From the NCBI GenBank assembly GCA_963839295.1, contig CAWIUK010000010.1, positions 305,511 to 369,510 on the forward strand: DNA of 64,000 bases, in the 5' to 3' direction. This DNA comes from an uncultured Acidobacteriota bacterium. GTDB taxonomy: Bacteria; Acidobacteriota; Thermoanaerobaculia; UBA5066. A program made the translations under genes and the position numbers. This document shows positions 60,995-64,000 of this stretch, in pieces. Position 1 is the first letter of the stretch. Every line of letters begins with the position of its first letter. Under the pieces are notes generated by a model. The model searched no databases and was not told the DNA's origin. It saw only the letters and a list, made by a program, of their open reading frames with translations.

Positions 60995-61579
60995 ATGGCC
61001 GCCGGATCTCCCGGTCACGTCGTCCCCGACCGTTACCTCGAGGCCCTGGGCGACGCCGACGCCGTCGCGTCGATGGCCGAAGCGCCTGATCGCCTGAGGC
61101 GCCTCATCCGCGGCCTGACGGCCGGACAGTTGACGAAGAAGCCCGCTCCGGGGAAGTGGAGCATCCACGAGATCGTCGCGCACCTCGCCGACAGCGAGGT
61201 CGTCCTCGGCGGCCGCTACCGCTTCATCGCGGCGATGGACCGTCCCCCGCTGCCCGGCTTCGACCAGGACGCGTTCGTCTCGAACCTCGGCGTCCATCGG
61301 GCGACGACGTCCGACCTCCTCGACGACTTCGCGATGGCCCGGGCCGTGAACCTCGGGCTCCTCGAGCGCATCGGCGAGGACGCGTGGGACCGCGTGGGAC
61401 TCCACGCCGAGCGCGGCGAGGAGTCACTCGGCCGCCTCGTCACGATGTACGCGGGGCACGACCGCATCCATCTCGCGCAGGTCGAGACGATCCGCACGGG
61501 CCTCTTCCCGAAGGCGGAGCGCACGGCGTCGCGAAAGGCCGCCGGGAAGAAGCGGCCCGCGAAGGCGAAGCGCCGCTAG
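60995..61579 (+). CDS. DinB superfamily (DinB_2-like) protein
   Basis: GKWSIHEIVAHLADSEVV and YAGHDRIHLAQV His motifs. AAGGAGGA lies upstream. Confidence 0.7.
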   Translation: MAAGSPGHVVPDRYLEALGDADAVASMAEAPDRLRRLIRGLTAGQLTKKPAPGKWSIHEIVAHLADSEVVLGGRYRFIAAMDRPPLPGFDQDAFVSNLGVHRATTSDLLDDFAMARAVNLGLLERIGEDAWDRVGLHAERGEESLGRLVTMYAGHDRIHLAQVETIRTGLFPKAERTASRKAAGKKRPAKAKRR

Positions 61580-62796
61580 AAGGTGCTTTCGGCCGTGCCC
61601 CGGTGAACCGGCACGGTGTCGCCCGCTTCCCAGGCCGACTCGGCGGCGAGCTCGAGGAACGCGTCGGCCCGCGCATGCGTCAGGATGTCGTGGGAGCCGC
61701 GCGTCGCGAGCGGCTCGGCGAGCAGCCGGGCCTCGTCCCACGCGAGGCGCGCGGGGTGGAACGCGAGGCGCGGCCCCCTGTTGCGGACGGGCGCCGTGAG
61801 CCGCGCGGGTACGGGCGGGGGCAGGGGCGGGAGGAGACCGGCCGCCGCGCGCAGCGCGGGCCGAACGAAGAAGTCGAACGCGACGGCCGCCGAGACCGGG
61901 TTGCCGGGCAGGCCGAAGACGAGCGTCGTCCCACGCGTCGCGAAGAGCACGGGCTTCGCCGGCCGGATCGCGACCTTGTGGAAGCGCACGCGCGCCCCCG
62001 CGGCCGCGAGGGCCTCGCCGACGTAGTCGTAGTCGCCGGCCGAGACGCCGCCCGTCGTGAGGAGGACGTCGACCTTCGCGGCGAAGGCCTCCTTCAGGGC
62101 CCGCGCGAGCGCCTCGGCGTCGTCGGGAGCGATCCCGAGGGAGACGGGCTCGGCCCCCGCGCGGCGGAGCGCGGCGAGGAGCAGCGGCGCGTTCGTGTTG
62201 CGGAGCTGCCCGGGGCCCGGGCGTGTTCCCGGCGGCACGAGCTCGTCGCCGGTCACGAGAACGCCGGCGCGCGGGGCGCGGGCGACCCGGAGCGTCTCCC
62301 GGCCGGCGGCGGCCGCGAGGACGAGGTCGGCGGGGGTCAGGCGCCGGCCCGCCGCGAGCAGCAGCGCGCCGGGCTCGATCACTTCGCCGCGGCGGCGCAC
62401 GTGCGCACCCGGCTTCGGAACGGCGTCGAGCCGGACGGCGCCGCCCTCGACGGGAGCGGCGTCCTCGACGGGGACGACGGAGTCGCTTCCGGGCGGCATC
62501 GGCGCGCCCGTCATGACCTTCCACGCGGAGCCGGGCGGGAGGACGCCCGGAACGGACCCGGCCCCCGAGGCGCCCGCCGCGGCGAGCAGGGTGGGCGCCC
62601 GCCCCACGTCCGCCGCGCGCACGGCCCACCCGTCCATCGCGGTCGTGTCGAATCCCGGCACCGGCAGGTCGGCGCGCACGTCCTCGGCGAGGACGCGGGA
62701 GACGGCATCCTCCAGGGAGACCGCGCAGGCGGGCATGGGCGTCGTCGCCTCGAGCACGCGAGCGAGCGCCTCGGCGAACTCGATCACGGCCGGCAT
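61576..62796 (-). CDS. moeA: Molybdopterin molybdenumtransferase
   Basis: Start at MPAVIEFAEAL. PGFDTTAMDGWAV motif and a TTGGVSAGDYD MoCF-biosynthesis domain motif. Confidence 0.85.
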   Translation of the reverse strand: MPAVIEFAEALARVLEATTPMPACAVSLEDAVSRVLAEDVRADLPVPGFDTTAMDGWAVRAADVGRAPTLLAAAGASGAGSVPGVLPPGSAWKVMTGAPMPPGSDSVVPVEDAAPVEGGAVRLDAVPKPGAHVRRRGEVIEPGALLLAAGRRLTPADLVLAAAAGRETLRVARAPRAGVLVTGDELVPPGTRPGPGQLRNTNAPLLLAALRRAGAEPVSLGIAPDDAEALARALKEAFAAKVDVLLTTGGVSAGDYDYVGEALAAAGARVRFHKVAIRPAKPVLFATRGTTLVFGLPGNPVSAAVAFDFFVRPALRAAAGLLPPLPPPVPARLTAPVRNRGPRLAFHPARLAWDEARLLAEPLATRGSHDILTHARADAFLELAAESAWEAGDTVPVHRGTAESTF

Positions 62797-62841
62797 GCTA
62801 GCAAGGCGGCCCCGCCGGCGCGTGGGTAGAATCCGCGGACC

Positions 62842-63645
62842 GTGGAGGACCGTTTCCAGTACACGGGGGATCTCGCGCAGGAACCTCTCCCGGAGGTCCT
62901 GCGGACGATCCACTTCTATCGCGCTCCGGGCGTGCTCACGGTCGAGTCGGGCGGCGTCTCCAAGAAGGTCTACCTGCTCGGCGGGAACATCACCTTCGCC
63001 ACGTCGACCGACCGCTCGGAGTCGCTCGGCGAGTACCTGCGCCGCAGCGCGCTCATCTCGTCGGGCGAGCTCAAGGCGTCCATTGGGCGCCTGGACCTCG
63101 CCGAGGGCCAGGGCCGGCGGCACGGCGAGCTCCTCGTCGAGATGGGGATCCTCACGGAGGCGCAGCTGCGCCAGATCGTGTCCGAGCAGGTGAAGGCGCT
63201 CCTCTACGCGGCGTTCTCGTGGGAGCAGGGCTCCGTGACGTTCGAGGTCGGCCGGTTCCGGACGGACGAGCTCATCCGGCTGGACCTTCCGACCCCCCAG
63301 GCGATCGTCGACGGGATCCGGCGGATGTCCGACCCGCGCCGGTGCGTCGCGCGCCTCGGCCCGTCGTGGACGCTCTTCGACCGCGCCGAGGCCCCGCCCG
63401 AGACGCGCGACGTCGCGTTCACGCCGGCCGAGGTCGCGCTCCTGACGCTCGTGGACGGCCGGCGCACGCTGCGCGAACTCATCACGATGGGGCCGGGCGA
63501 CCTGGGCTCCAACGCGAAACTTCTCTACGCTTTCTGGGTCCTCCGCCTCATCGAGCGGCGCGAGATCCAGGCGAGCGGCATCCGCCGCATCCAGTGGAAG
63601 ACGTCCGGCGGGGTACCCTCGGCGGGCGGCGACGGCGCCGGCTGA
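62842..63645 (+). CDS. DUF4388 domain protein
   Basis: N-terminal GDLAQEPLPEVLRTIHFYRAPGVLTVESGGVSKKVYLLGGNI matches the DUF4388 (PatA-N-like) pattern. Confidence 0.6.
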   Translation: MEDRFQYTGDLAQEPLPEVLRTIHFYRAPGVLTVESGGVSKKVYLLGGNITFATSTDRSESLGEYLRRSALISSGELKASIGRLDLAEGQGRRHGELLVEMGILTEAQLRQIVSEQVKALLYAAFSWEQGSVTFEVGRFRTDELIRLDLPTPQAIVDGIRRMSDPRRCVARLGPSWTLFDRAEAPPETRDVAFTPAEVALLTLVDGRRTLRELITMGPGDLGSNAKLLYAFWVLRLIERREIQASGIRRIQWKTSGGVPSAGGDGAG

Positions 63646-63679
63646 GGCGGCTCCGGAGCGGACGAAAGGAAGATCGACG

Positions 63680-64000
63680 ATGCCCCTCTACGAGTACGAG
63701 TGCACGAAGTGCGGCGAGAGGATCGAGGTGATCCGGAGCTTCTCCGATCCGCCGCTCACCGTGTGCCCGAACTGCGGCGGCGCGCTCACGAAGCTCCTCT
63801 CCTCTCCCGCGTTCCAGTTCAAGGGCTCGGGCTTCTATCTGACGGATTACGGGAAGTCGGGAAGCTCGCAGGCCGGGGAGAAGGAGAAGAGGAGCGCGGG
63901 GAAGAGCGAAGAGGCGAAGGACAGGGGCGAGTCGAAGTCCGATTCGAAGGGCGACTCGAAGGCCGCCGAAGCGGGGGAGACGAAGAAAAGAGAAGATTCT
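63680..64000 (+). CDS. FmdB family zinc-ribbon regulatory protein with charged tail, 3' end outside window
   Basis: MPLYEYECTKCGERIEV...CPNCGG (CxxC-x~25-CxxC) followed by a Ser/Lys/Glu-rich tail. In frame to the window end. Its last codons lie in repeat copy F. Confidence 0.75.
   Translation, partial: MPLYEYECTKCGERIEVIRSFSDPPLTVCPNCGGALTKLLSSPAFQFKGSGFYLTDYGKSGSSQAGEKEKRSAGKSEEAKDRGESKSDSKGDSKAAEAGETKKREDS
63972..64000 (+). repeat. Low-GC dispersed repeat, copy F (truncated by window end)
   Basis: GGGGGAGACGAAGAAAAGAGAAGATTCT. The 21 nt at 63978-63998 are identical to 46228-46248. Confidence 0.55.

Overview
GC-rich (about 70% by eye) chromosomal segment of a diderm bacterium. I see about 58 tightly packed protein genes, many with 1- or 4-nt start/stop overlaps. 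I found no rRNA, tRNA, CRISPR array, transposase or integrase. Content: (i) many secreted or periplasmic hydrolases (M16, amidohydrolases, amidase, formamidase, S9, M61-like, LD-carboxypeptidase, GH3, a GH clan-A enzyme, PIG-L deacetylase); (ii) glutamate synthase large subunit; (iii) a Rieske/cytochrome b module whose cytochrome b is fused to a nine-heme cytochrome c; (iv) a metal-uptake island (ZnuA/ZnuB, a TonB-dependent receptor, two outer-membrane barrels, small His/Cys-rich proteins); (v) three tandem HupE/UreJ-type genes; (vi) an ECF sigma/anti-sigma/DUF4097 envelope module; (vii) peptidoglycan-recycling-type genes, including a beta-lactamase-fold/DUF1343 fusion; (viii) lysA, moeA and a CoA-transferase. 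The most unusual signal is not a gene. It is a dispersed low-GC repeat family (core GAGATTTCTTAGAAGGTGA, at least 11 clear copies, several as inverted pairs). Copies sit at gene junctions, supply stop codons, and are embedded in frame inside ORFs. All functional calls come from motif recognition by eye, with no database search, so family names are best guesses.
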